From contig OX597814.1 in the NCBI GenBank assembly GCA_951406725.2, positions 60,822,001 through 60,886,000 of the forward strand: a stretch of DNA of 64,000 bases, read 5' to 3'. This document shows, in pieces, positions 1-11,996 of this stretch. Position 1 is the first letter of the stretch. Every line of letters starts with the position of its first letter. The translations under genes and the position numbers were made by a program. Source of the stretch: Octopus vulgaris. Its lineage: Eukaryota. The notes under the pieces were generated by a model. The model did no database searches, was not told where the DNA came from, and saw nothing but the letters and a program-made list of their open reading frames with translations.

Positions 1-65
1 AATAATGAAGAAATAAAACGATTTTTTTCCAAAATTCTGACAACTTTTTCTTCAATATATATACA

Positions 66-187
66 TATAAGAATTTTTTGCATAATGAGATAGAAAACCA
101 AGGCTGTGTAGATATTAGAACATTTATAAATGTTCTAATATTTACACAGCCTTGGTTTTTTATCTCATTACGCAAAAAATTCTTATA
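66..187. repeat. Near-perfect spacerless palindrome (about 60-bp arms)
   Basis: tataagaattt...aaccaaggctgtgtagatattagaacattta|taaatgttctaatatttacacagccttggtt...aaattcttata; centre at 126/127, few mismatches. Confidence 0.9.
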
Positions 188-379
188 TACACACGCTGAC
201 ATATGACCAACATTGAAACCCTTATTCGCAAAATTACCAAACCTGGAACTTAACTATGGTCTGTCTATAGCACTTATTCAGCATTACCTGACACATTTGG
301 GTCTCAATGACACCATTACTTCTTATAACCTACATACATATACAGATACATATACACATACCTATACATATATATATTA

Positions 380-760
380 TCATCATTGTCGTTTAACGTC
401 CACTTTTCATGCTGGCATGGGTTGGACGGTTTGACTGGGGGCTGGCAAGCCAGAAGGCTGTACCAGGCTCCAATCCGATCTGGCAAAGTTTCTACAGCTG
501 GATGCCCTTCCTAATGCCAAACACTCCAAGAGTGTAGTGGGCGCTTTTTATGTGCCGCTGGCACGAGAGCCAGTCAGGCTGTACTGGCATCAACCAAGCT
601 TGAATGAAGCTTTTTATGTACCACTGGCACAGGAGCCAGTCAGACAGTACTGGCAACGACCATGCCCAAATGGTGCTTTTTATGTGCCACCATTCGAACT
701 TGGTCATTACCATTACCGCCTGACTGACCCTCATGCAGGTGGCACATAAAAAGCACCCAC
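380..760 (-). mobile_element. RTE-LINE 3' UTR/tail fragment, (GAT)n-tailed family
   Basis: catcat..gtttaacgtcc..ttccatgctggcatgggttggac..ctggatgcccttcctaa; same sequence recurs more than 10 times in the window. Confidence 0.75.
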
Positions 761-859
761 GTGGTCACCTGGCCTTCGCCATAGTCTCTACTGTACTCAA
801 ATGTATTCATAAGGCATCTATCACAATGCCCATGTATCAGGTCATAGTTAAAGACTGCT

Positions 860-1330
860 AGTCACTACTGTTCATGAGAAAAAAGTTCTAAATTCCAACC
901 AGACTTGTCATTGCTCTGTTTCCTGTTCTCTGGAGTGAGCATTTCTGGCTGTGTTACCTTGAAGTTGTCCTGTTAACCTGTTCTCTTAAGCAGGCTTTTC
1001 TATCAGCCTTAGACACCAACCTCCATCGTTTCTACTCTGGTGTCTCATGTTTCGTCAAGCAAGATTGTCTATTGGTTCGAGACTCCAATCTCCATTTCTG
1101 CTCTAATTCCTCAAGCAGGCTTGCCTGACTGTTTTCAAACTGAACTTTTACTAATCATTTTATTGTGTTTGAAGGGTGTTTCGTTGTCTCTGAGATTGGA
1201 GCTTGTCTTGCCTTTCTTCTTGTTTCCCTTACCCTTTGGCTTATGGAGCTTCGGGCTTCAGATGATTGAAAAGTATTGAACTGAGAGACAAACTGCATGC
1301 ATCTATCCCCTCATCTATTGCCTATTTTCT
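860..1330 (-). mobile_element. Possible decayed Gypsy-like pol 3' (integrase C-terminal) remnant
   Basis: Minus-strand fragments weakly resemble SPAELLF, VET-GG and TRSGR-like motifs; multiple frame disruptions. Confidence 0.3.
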
Positions 1331-1856
1331 ACCCCCACATATTCCCACCATTTCATTCCTCCAGTAGTAAAAGTGAAAGTTGCACCATTTATTTGTGGAG
1401 TATTAAGTTCAATCAATAACAAAACAAAAAAAAGTCAGACCACGTCAACTGGTCAGACATCAAGAATGACAAGTGAGGGCTCCAAAACTTTTGCACTCCT
1501 TGAAACAACTTTTCTTCAAGAGGTAATTTCTATCCAAAGCCTTTAGTTAAGGTCTGGCAGCTAACACAACAAAAAGCAAATGTCAACAAAAACCAATAAC
1601 AACAGTAGTAGCAGTAGCAGTAGTAGTAGTGGAGGAGGCTTGTGGTGGTAGTAGTTGTCATGGAAATGGTTTCAATAATAGCCATTCTTCAACCAACTCT
1701 GATCAGTCCCATCCTTACTCTCTCCCCCACCTCCCTCTGTCTCTTCCCTTATTTTCTTCCCCTCCCTCTCACAAACAAGTACACACATAAGCACTGTCAT
1801 CAGAGAAGAGATATTGATAAATTTGAAAGATTTATGAATGAACATGTGATACCAGC

Positions 1857-1914
<58 letters not shown>

Positions 1915-2068
1915 CATAAGGGATAAAGCCATCTGAATATGGCTAGGGACAGGGCAGGGTGGTGGGGGTGTTACTGTTGCATTTAGCCCCAGGCGAACAT
2001 CGACGTCACTAGAAAGGCTAGACACCGTCACGGTGTCCTTATCCTGCAAAGGGAGGTAATTCCCCGAT

Positions 2069-2142
2069 GAAGCGGAAACCACACACGGACCATGGTTTCA
2101 AGGTGTATTGCCTATCGTCGGCGTGTGGTAGGCTTCCGCTTC
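2069..2142 (-). ncRNA. Type I hammerhead ribozyme candidate (left arm, CCGACGA variant)
   Basis: Reverse complement of 2451-2524. Confidence 0.7.
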
Positions 2143-2450
2143 CTCGACGAATTCTCACTCTGCAGGATTTTCACATATAGATTTTCAAGCAAAATACATT
2201 TGCTGATTTCGAAAATCTGTTCGAAAGCAATAATAATTCTCTAAAAGAGATATAGACAGTAACTGCTCGATAACATAAGGGACTAAAGCCATCTGAATAT
2301 GGCTAGGGACAGGGCAGGGTGGTGGGGGTGTTACTGTCTATATCTCTTTTAGAGAATTATTATTGCTTTCGAACAGATTTTCGAAATCAGCAAATGTATT
2401 TTGCTTGAAAATCTATATGTGAAAATCCTGCAGAGTGAGAATTCGTCGAG

Positions 2451-2524
2451 GAAGCGGAAGCCTACCACACGCCGACGATAGGCAATACACCTTGAAACCA
2501 TGGTCCGTGTGTGGTTTCCGCTTC
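2451..2524 (+). ncRNA. Type I hammerhead ribozyme candidate (right arm, CCGACGA variant)
   Basis: Stem I cacacg/cgtgtg extended by gaagcggaa/ttccgcttc; core CCGACGA 2472-2478; stem II agg-caataca-cct; GAAA 2494-2497; palindromic stem III ACCATGGT; GUC site ending 2505. Confidence 0.7.
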
Positions 2525-4690
2525 ATCGGGGAATTACCTCCCTTTGCAGGATAAGGACACCGTGACGGTGTCTAGCCTTTCTGGTGACGTCGATGTTCGC
2601 CTGGGGCTAAATGCAACAGTAACACCCCCACCACCCTGCCCTGTCCCTAGCCATATTCAGATGGCTTTAGTCCCTTATGTTATCGAGCAGTTACTGTCTA
2701 TATCTCTTTTAGAGAATTATTATTGCTATATATATATATATATATATGCATATATATCAGATACAAAACTATTTTAGCTACAAAAATACATTTACTATCA
2801 CCTCTACCACCCACCCCTTAACTATTTCCAAAAACCTAAAATGGAATGGAACCAATGCTTGTTATTTTTATGTTGTATCAAAGTCTGCATTGTATCAATG
2901 TATTTTGTTCAATATTTCGGACTTGTTTTTGGTTGTGATAGTGATTGGTTGAGGGAAGGAGGAGGTAGATAGTTTTTTTTTGTTTTCTTTTCTTTTTTTA
3001 TTGTTTCTTTCCTCTCATAGATTAATTTCAAAGCCAGCCACTGCAGCTTTATCCATTACCAAACATCTTAACTTAATGCATACAAACAAGAGGTGGGTAG
3101 CCTAATAGCAAAAGATAGCTAAAACATTAGCTTGAGTAAATATTAAAGGATACAAAGAGATTTCATCTAAAACACTTCTTGCCCAACAAGGCAATAAAAT
3201 CTAGTTCAATGAACATGAATGAGTTTAGCAAAGTACTTTTTTTTTTACATATGCTTGTTATCTATATAGATGTGTACTTGTATTTGGTTTTATGTGTGTG
3301 TGTGTTGGTAGATAAATAGATATGCATAATGCAAGTGTATATGAGAGTGTATGCATTGGTTTATTGCAATGTGTGTGTATGTGTGTGCGTGCGTGCATAT
3401 ACATACATAATTTGTGTTGTGAGTGGGACAGACAGACAGACAGATAGATAGATGAGCAGATAGAGAGACATCTAGATTGATTGACTGACAGAGACAGACA
3501 GATAGAGACAAATAGAAACAGACAAACAAAAAGATAGACAGAGACAGACAAACAGATAGATAGATAGATAGACAGACAAATTTACAAGATAAAAAGATTT
3601 TGTTTTCAGTTTGTGCTAGTGTACTTTAAAATTTTGTTGCCTCCGTGACTAAAAATGAAAGAATTCACTCAAAGAGAGAAAGATAAAGATGAAACAACAG
3701 TTGTTGCCCTACCTACCCAACAACAAATGAGTTGAAAGATGGCTAAAAATGGCAAACATGGATTGCCTAAATAAATAGACCTGCTCCAAACATTCACCTG
3801 TGAGTGAACAAAATAAATGTAGAGTTTTCTTTTTTTTTTAAATAATACTTTATTGAGGTTTCATTACCTTTCTCATTTTTCTGTAAAAACAGAAATACCT
3901 CAGTATCTCCATCCCTATTTCCCTCTCAAAGCTTAGCAGAAATTAAAGGAGAGACTTGACACAATGCAACAGGATTCGTCCAATGTAAGCTTCTGTGTGG
4001 TTACTCACTCTATCAGAAACAACAGCTGAAGCAACACCCTAAAATCTCAAAAAAAGAAAGGCACATAACTTAATGTAGTCCAGGATGCACTACACAGGAA
4101 GAGGAGGCAGGATAGGAACACCTGGAACAGTCTTGATCATAGGTATGTCAACTGTGGAGAAGTCAACAATTACTACTGGAATGATAGCAATTATTTTGTT
4201 GTCTGAAAAAGTTGTTTGAATATGTCCAGAAGAAAAATTGTACCTCCTTTACACAACTGTTCAAGAATCAAGATTTGCTATGACAGACTCTACTGTCAAC
4301 TTTGACACAAAAGCGTCCAGTAGTTGGATCAACTGAACAGCTAACTCATTGAATTAACATGTAAAGTGGCTAAGTACTCCACATACAGGAGTATCTTTAC
4401 TATAATTCTTAAGAAGAATCATGTGACAGAAAATGACTAGGCTAGATCATAGAATTACAACTACAGCTTAGGAGCTTCTACCGTTTCCATCAACCTACTT
4501 TCTCCTCATGAGATTTTGGTCAATCCATCATGCTTAACAAGTCACATAGTGGCATCAAACCTAGAATTTCAGGATTGTGAAGCTAACTTCACAACCATTC
4601 TGTCAAGCTTATGTTCAAGGCATGTTTTGCTGAAATATTAGTCAGCCTATCTTTAGTTATATACTAAAATATATTAATTACTCCATTGTG

Positions 4691-4917
4691 TTAACCCTTT
4701 AGTATTTAAATCAGCCATATCAGACACAAATATTCTACCTGTTTTACGTACAAACTGGCAAGATCCAGTCTCTCCATCAATACCCTACAATGTCATTCTA
4801 AAAATAAAGAAACACATCATCAAAATCTCAGATACAAAATAATGCCTGATGAATTCAAAATAATACGATTAAACAAGCATTACATTTGACAGAATCATCT
4901 TAATGCTAATGAGTTAA
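4691..4917. mobile_element. piggyBac-type MITE (family 1)
   Basis: TTAA-CCCTTTAG start and ctaatgag-TTAA end; related copies near 31170-31390, 49825-50011 and, inverted, 29972-30207 and 57918-58169. Confidence 0.7.
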
Positions 4918-5014
4918 ACATAGTGCAGAGATGCTAACCCATCAGTTTGCCTCATGTCTCTCAATTTTCCTTTGCCACAAATACCACCTACCAACACTAT
5001 ATAGTACTCTTCTA

Positions 5015-5527
5015 ACTAGGAATGTTTCAGGGTAGATCCAAGAAGACGTGGGACAAAGTGGTGAGAAACAATTTTCAGATGCTGGACCTCAATGAAGGGA
5101 TACTAAAGGACTGGGCATTGTGGCAACTTATCGTACTTGAGAAAACATATCAAGCTAGGTAAAACCATGGCCATTCATAGATACAAGCATATCCTTTATA
5201 GCCATGCCCACCTCTCTCTCTCTCTCCCAACTAGAGGTCTTTGTTTTACAGGTGTTGATGCCACATAAAATGCATTCATGGTGTCATGTAAAGTGCCCAC
5301 ATGCCAGTGCCACATAAAATGCTCTCATATTGATGCCACATAAAAGCACTCATGCCAGTAGCATATAAAAATCACCCAGCACACTCTGTAAAGTGGTTAG
5401 TGTTAGGAAGGGCATTCAGCCACAGAAACCATGCCAAAACAGACCATTGAAGCCTGGACAGCTCTCTGACTATCAAACCATTCAACCCATGCCAGCATGC
5501 AAAACGGATATTAAACGACGATGATGA
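5015..5527 (+). mobile_element. RTE LINE 3' end (ORF C-terminus, 3' UTR and GAT tail)
   Basis: Translates GRSKKTWDKVVRNNFQMLDLNEGILKDWALWQ (RTE GRPxKTW..DRxxW motif), then runs into the abundant tail family. Confidence 0.75.
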
Positions 5528-7213
5528 ACTGCACTGCTATGATTGTCTATCATGCACATATCACAGCAATTGGCTTTAATATTCATCCATTCTCTCTGCT
5601 CACTTGTGTTCTGTTGTTCCAAGCAAGTTAATAATTATGCACATTCAACAGACCATGCTTACTTTATTCCTCTCCAGCCAGCATAGCTCTTCCACATTCA
5701 ATGCCATGAAGCATCACACTTCTTACACATGCTTCACACATTTTGTCTTCCGCTTTACACTGGGCAAGAGAAATCCATTGTAGCTAATAGAGCCAATACT
5801 TCCATTATGCTTTGAAAATTTCTAACAGGCAATGCAGACCACACAAAGCATTTTTTGGCAATCTCAACAGCATTAGATACTCTTTCTGCAACATTAATTT
5901 TCATCTTTATTTTTTTCTCCCTTGTCTATTACTATAACGCTTTACTTATCATTCTTTACCAATCATTGCAATTATATTTTGCTTATTCTGGTTTCCCTTC
6001 TTTTCCTCATCACTTTCCCTACACATCTCTTTGGCTTATTGATTAAATTATTTATTCATCTACTTACAAAGATAGCTAAATAGCTGAATTCTATAACTTC
6101 TCAAAAGAGATAATGATATACATAGCATATGCATACCTAAAACTCTCTCTCTCTCTCACACACACACACACATACACACATACAAGTACATAAAAATAAC
6201 ACATGTATGCTGATACATGCATGGACACACAAACACAGCACTCAGGATGTGGGACTTAAGAAAAATGCTGTATTTCAGATATATCCAGCTCATGTGAACA
6301 TCAAAACAGAATATAAAAATGGTGGTGGTGGTGGTGGTGGTGGTGGTGGTGATAATGATGATGGAGTAGTGGTTATTGGTAGGATCATCAGAGCATCAGA
6401 CAGCATACCTCATAGTATTTATTATGGTTCCTTATGTTTTGAGTTCAAATCCCTCAATTTTACCCTTCATCGTTCCAAGCTTTGTAAAATAAAATACTTG
6501 CCAAGTACTCTAATCGATCCACGCACTTGTACTATATTTCAGTGACCTTGGAAGTAAGGAAGGCAAAGTTGACCTTGGCAGGGTTCAAACTCAGAATATA
6601 AAAAGCCAGAATAAATATCACAAGGAATTTTGTTTGATACTCGCATGATTCTACTAATCATCATCATCATTTTTATGCTCATTTCCATCTTCCCATGTGT
6701 TAAATCCATTTTTTTCCTCTCCCTAAGTCTATAAGGTGTGTGTGTGTGTACATATGTGTGTGTGCGTGTACATATGTGTGTGTGCATGTACATATGTGTG
6801 TGTGCATGTACATGTGTGTGTGTGTGCATGTGCGCACATGTGTGTGTACATATGTGTGTGTGTGTGTCTGAATGCTTACATTCTGTCATGTTCTCAGATT
6901 GAAATCACTTAATTAAAAGCAGTGATGGCATGTTCCCTGTGAGCAAATGGCTCTGTAGCTCTGCGCTTTCAAAAACAAGTAGAATTAAAATTCTTTGCTT
7001 AAAAAAGAATAAAAATCAGCAGAGGGTTAACAACAGGAATAGCAAAGAACATCTAACTGTAAAATAATGACTCAATAGTAGGTCTTTGTTCAACCCATGC
7101 TAGCACAGAAAAACAGATATTAAACAAAATGAACAACAAAATACATGTGTGGGGGGGTACATACATATGCACACATGAACACAAATACATACATACGTAT
7201 GTGTGAGTGAGTG

Positions 7214-8318
7214 TACAGGGTGTTTCAACTACATTTGGTAAATAGTTTTATGCCTCCCTTTTTCAGGAACAGCTTCATGTATTGGTGAACAATCAATGGC
7301 ATTGGAGAACAAAGATTAAAACTGTAATTGAGAAAATGTTAGCTGACATGGAGGACTGGAAGCCATTAGAATATTGGAAAAGAGTTACCTGTATCATGAT
7401 GGTTTGCACCAAGCATCAAATTGCTAACATCATGACTGCTGCCCAATGCTCTGTGGACAATGTAAAGGTTGTAAGACATGATACAGACAGCTGCAACAGA
7501 GATTATGAAGCCATAGCCAGCAGGAAGGGATACAGCAGGCATTCTGATAGTGTCTGCATTCCAGAATTCATCCTCACATCTTTGAATAGAGCCTTAGCCC
7601 TAATTCAGATGGCTATGTGAAGCTGCTGGAGACTATGCCAATCCCTAGCTAGAGAGGGTTGCTGTTGAGAGGCCATATGTGTGACAACAGAAAAGAGCCG
7701 ACAGTGGTTGTTGGAGAATTTCCATAACTTCATCAGCCCTAACTTCTGGCCTCCTAATGCCCCCATTTCTAATCCCATGGATTACTATGTGTGAGGCATG
7801 ATTGAGAAAGACACCAACTGCTCTACTTGCAACACCAAGGCTGAGCTAGAGGCCAAGATCAAGGAAGTGTTAAAAGGTCTTCCCAGGGACACAATGACGA
7901 ATGCATGCACCAGATTCCAGAGCCATCTTGAGGCTGTGGTGGCATTAGAAGGCAGCAACTTTGAGTAAGCTATTATCTCCCAGTCATAACCATCATCATC
8001 ATTTAACGTCTGTTCTCCAAGCTGGCACAAGTTGGACAGTTTGATAGGAACTGGCTGGCTGGAGAGCTGCCAGACTCCATTTGTTTGTTTGGTTTGGTTT
8101 TTATGGCTGGATGCTCTTCTTAATTCCATTTTACAGAGTGAACTGGGTGTTTTTTTTTTATGTGTCATTGGCATGGGTGCTTTTAGATGGCACCACCATA
8201 AGTATCTATTATATGGCACTAGCAGAAGCGCTTTACACAGCACTGGTACCAGCACTTGGGCCATTGTGTTTTCTTTCTCTTTTATACATACTGTCAAATT
8301 TAACTCTAATACCTTGTA
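7214..8318 (+). mobile_element. Tc1/mariner-superfamily transposon remnant with nested RTE tail (about 7990-8260)
   Basis: Ends TACAGGGTGTT / AATACCTTGTA; degenerate WPPNAPISNPMDY (WPPxSPDLNPxD) near 7747; sister copy at 39314-40145. Confidence 0.8.
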
Positions 8319-8639
8319 TATGCATACACATCTATGCTTCAGAAAAGTATTGTAAAGTGGTATATTGAGTCAAAAGGCATCTTAGTCGTTTCACAAATAT
8401 AGATCAATAAAATAAGTAGCAGAGTGAAGTAAGTACTAGGGTCGATATGATCAACTAAAAATGTGAAACACAGCTTGGTAACAGTCCAATGACTGAAATA
8501 AGTAGAAGAGTTTATGGTGCTATATGGTGATTTAGTTTAAATTGCTAGAAACTAGTTCAAGTCTGCTCCATCTTTCTCTCACTTATTTTATCTTATTTCA
8601 AGGACAAGCAATGACTGGTTCCCAACTTAATATATCCTA

Positions 8640-9070
8640 GAAACAGTTATAGTAGCATATGAAATTACACTTGCAATAGAGACTTCACTATAAGGCTATA
8701 TCAATTCATACATATGAGACAGGTCTTTTGCTATCTGTTTCATGCTAAACTGTTTAAATGCAACATTAAATCAATGGTATACGGGCTGCTGGTGTATCTT
8801 TACAATTCCAATACATTATAGATAATTTCTTATCCTCTTTTTCTCCAGACATTATAATTCAAGTTGCTGAGCTTACACTATATTCTCCTTGATGATATCC
8901 TCTTGACATTTAGCCTCTCTTCGATAGGTTTCATTATTCTCTTATAATGTCCCTGTTCCTTTAAGCAATATCTCCTTAATATAATACTCTTGTCTGTTAT
9001 TATGATATGTCACACAGAAACCACATTATGAATAACTATTATCTTTTGTAACCGAAACAAACATTTCAGT
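8640..9070 (-). mobile_element. Possible IS630/Tc1-like transposase remnant
   Basis: Minus-strand fragments resembling RLIVxH and PPYHxxLN motifs; heavily decayed. Confidence 0.35.
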
Positions 9071-9373
9071 TCATTCTTACTAGTTTCAGTACAGAATCTC
9101 ATTGACAAAATTCAAATTTTTTCTTCTTTCTTTATTAGGCTCAATAAAGTGATATAAAGCAGCACCCATGACATTTTTCAGAGCCTTCAAGACTGGTGGG
9201 AGGAAATTATCATCAAGCCAGAGACTTGACCCTTATGTTCACAATACAGTGAACTCCACAAAAAGAACAAAAAGCACCCAAGGGACAAATAGTAGTGTTC
9301 TTCTTTGACTAATCCATAACAAGATTATGAATGAAATGAAGGATAGGCAAAAAAATTAAAACAAAAAATAAGA

Positions 9374-9750
9374 AACAAGAAAGAGCACTCAGAGAGCACA
9401 AACCTCTGCCAAGGCAACACTACCATCCTCTCAACGATTAACCAGTGATGAGTTTTAAAATGAGAATATCTGAAATAAATTCAAATGCTCTCACAAACAA
9501 GAACACTAAAAATGAACCTGGCCGCTCACAAAAATTAAGTAAAAAAACAGGGAAAATAATCCAGAATCCATGTCTGGTACCAGATCAATCCCAAAATCTA
9601 ATCAGTTCATGCCAGTCACAAGGCCAACCATCCCTGAAACTTTAATCTGAATTCATCCAGTGGTTCTTGAGATATTTTGTCCACAGACAAACAAACAAAC
9701 AAACATGACTGAAAACAATACCTCCGCCTTCACTAAGGTGGAAGTAGTAA
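9374..9750 (+). mobile_element. Helentron-associated (HINE/DINE-like) non-autonomous element
   Basis: acctctgcc near 5' end repeated as acctccgcc in terminal stem-loop ctccgcctt-cact-aaggtggaag; (ACAA)n before the 3' end; A-rich flanks. Confidence 0.6.
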
Positions 9751-10574
9751 AAAAACAGAAGCTACGGAATTTGTGCTATTTCAGAGAGATTTAACAACCA
9801 AATTAAAAGATTCCTACAGAAAAATAAAGCCAGATTCCTTGATTCAATTTATATTACTACAATTACTACAATATTGACAGCAGTGCCACTGCATCATCAA
9901 AGCTAACTGGCAAGAACCAGCCAAAGAATATACCACAGCATTCACAACAAACACACAAAAATATATGTATTGTTGATTGAAAAGGACTTGAAAATCCTCT
10001 TGATGTTTGTCTTGCTAACTGGTAAGCAGACATTCAGAATGATTAGTTAAAATACTCGGCTCACTTGCTTAAGGATGTTCTAAGCCAAACATCATTATCA
10101 CCATGTCTCAAAAAGCACAGTTTTACATTTTAACTTCACACTTTCTTTTTGTTTTGTTCTTCTTTTTTTTTGGGGGGGGGGGGTCATTGGAAAAGAGTTT
10201 GTAGTTGAACCAGGAACATACAGAACTGAAACAGACGTCACAAGGCATCTTGTCCACTTCTCTAAAAAATTCTATCAATACCTTGGAGAGGTATTTTATT
10301 TATTGGCCTTAAAAGGATGAAAAGCAACGTTGGTTGACTGAGGCAGGATTTGAACTCAGAATCCACAGAGCTGGAACAAATACAGCAAGGCATCAATTCA
10401 ACATCATGCACAGGTGCAGGAATGGCTGTGCAATTTAGGAGTTCAGTTCCCAACCATGTAGTTTTGTGTTCAGTCCCATTGTGCAGCACCTTCTATAAGT
10501 GTTTTCTGCTATAGCCCAAGGCTGACAAAATCCTTAAGTGAATCTGTTAAACAGAAATGAAAACAAGCTAGCTC

Positions 10575-10605
<31 letters not shown>

Positions 10606-11329
10606 TCTTTTACACTTTTACTTCTTGTTTCAGTCATTTGACTGCAGCCATGCTGGAGCACTGCTTATAAATGTGTGTGCGTGTGTGTATTTATATATAA
10701 TGGGAGAGTGGAGGATTACACCTGCACTTGTTATTCAAGAGTCACTGAAGTGGTGGTGCTGTTAGCACTTCTGTCAGTAACTTGTCAGTTCATTTTGTAA
10801 CTTCAAAACTCTAAGAAGAGACGCCTTATTTGAAAAGCAGGCAGAGGTGAACATCAGGAAGGGCATCAAGCTGAAAATCAATGCCACATTCATTTTACCC
10901 ATGCTAGCATGGAAAAACAGACATAGAAACAAACTATCATACATATATGTATGTACATACACATATACATAGATCCTATACATGATTTCTTTCAAAAACA
11001 AACTTTTAGCTTCTCCTTAGCACAGGAAGTAAAATCATCCAATAAGAATAATGCTGATTAAAGAAGGTTTGTGAAGTGCAAGATTATTGTACATATTGTA
11101 CTAAGCTGAAATTTACAAAGCCATGCTATTGTATTCTTGAACAAAACACTTAATAATATTCATTCTATCCAATCCCCCCCAAAAAGTTCCGCATCTAATT
11201 CTGGAGATGAGTGGTTAGCATTAGGTAGGTCAGGAAACCAGCTGTGAAAGACTTGCAAGGCATTTTATCTGGTGCTCTACCAAGTCTACCATCTGCTGCC
11301 CTACAATATTGTCTTTTGTTTTTCTTTTT

Positions 11330-11915
11330 CATTTCTACTATAAGCACAGGCCCAAAATTCTGGGAAACTGGGGAGGGCTTAACTATTAGGATAAGCATCA
11401 GTTGAGCACTGGACTCAACTGGTACTTATTTTATTGAACCCAAAAGGATGAAATGCAAAGTTGACCTCGGCAGAATTTGAACTCAGTTGGAAGAAATGCT
11501 GCTAAGTATTTTGTCCAGCGTGCTGATGATTTTGCCAGTTCACTACTTTCTGATACCCTAATATAATATTAATAGTCAAATTCCACCGAAGTCCACTGTG
11601 CCTTTCATCCTTTTGGAGTCAATAAAATCAGTACCAGTTGGGTACAGAGGGTGATGTAATCAACTCACACCCTCTGCCAAAACTGCTGGCCTTGTGCCAA
11701 AATTTGAAATTACTACAATATTAATTGTAGTCATTTCTAATTTAGGCACAAGGCCAGCAATGTTTGAGAAGACGGTGTTATTACTTTGCTTTATTGGCTT
11801 CAAAAGGATAACAGGCAAAGTTGACTTCAAAGGGATTTGAATCCAGAATACAAAGACCAGTAACTAAATACTGCTAAGCATTTTTTTCACATGTTATAAG
11901 GATTCTTCTAATCCA
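11330..11915. mobile_element. Cluster of tRNA-derived Meta-domain-like SINE copies
   Basis: gagttcaaattc B-box and cctttcatcctt..gtcaataaaat.agtaccag core, in both orientations. Confidence 0.7.
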
Positions 11916-11996
11916 CCACCCCAAAAATTGTTTCTAAAAGCCCTGGGGCCTGATATTTAGTATGGAGAGGTTAGCCAAATCAAGCCTAGTACTTGT

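Larger units (their letters stand above)
1912..2727. mobile_element. Retrozyme-like element: 360-nt unit as two inverted, longer-than-monomer arms inserted in (TA)n
   Basis: 1912-1977 repeats directly at 2271-2337 (period 359); 2330 onward is the reverse complement of 1912-2263; 2330 repeats at 2690 (period 360); about 2 differences between arms; (TA)n on both flanks; HHR in each arm. Confidence 0.8.

Noticed and set aside
2064-2100. Antisense-polarity hammerhead look-alike CCGATGA-agcg-GAAACC..GGTT that would make the element ambisense
   Set aside because: No stem II and the flanks cannot form stem I; it is the complement of the sense HHR helix.
1672-2777. Twin ORFs MVSASSGNYLPLQDKD... on opposite strands
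   Set aside because: Produced by the inverted duplication, start at GTG, run into (TA)n and show no recognisable domain.
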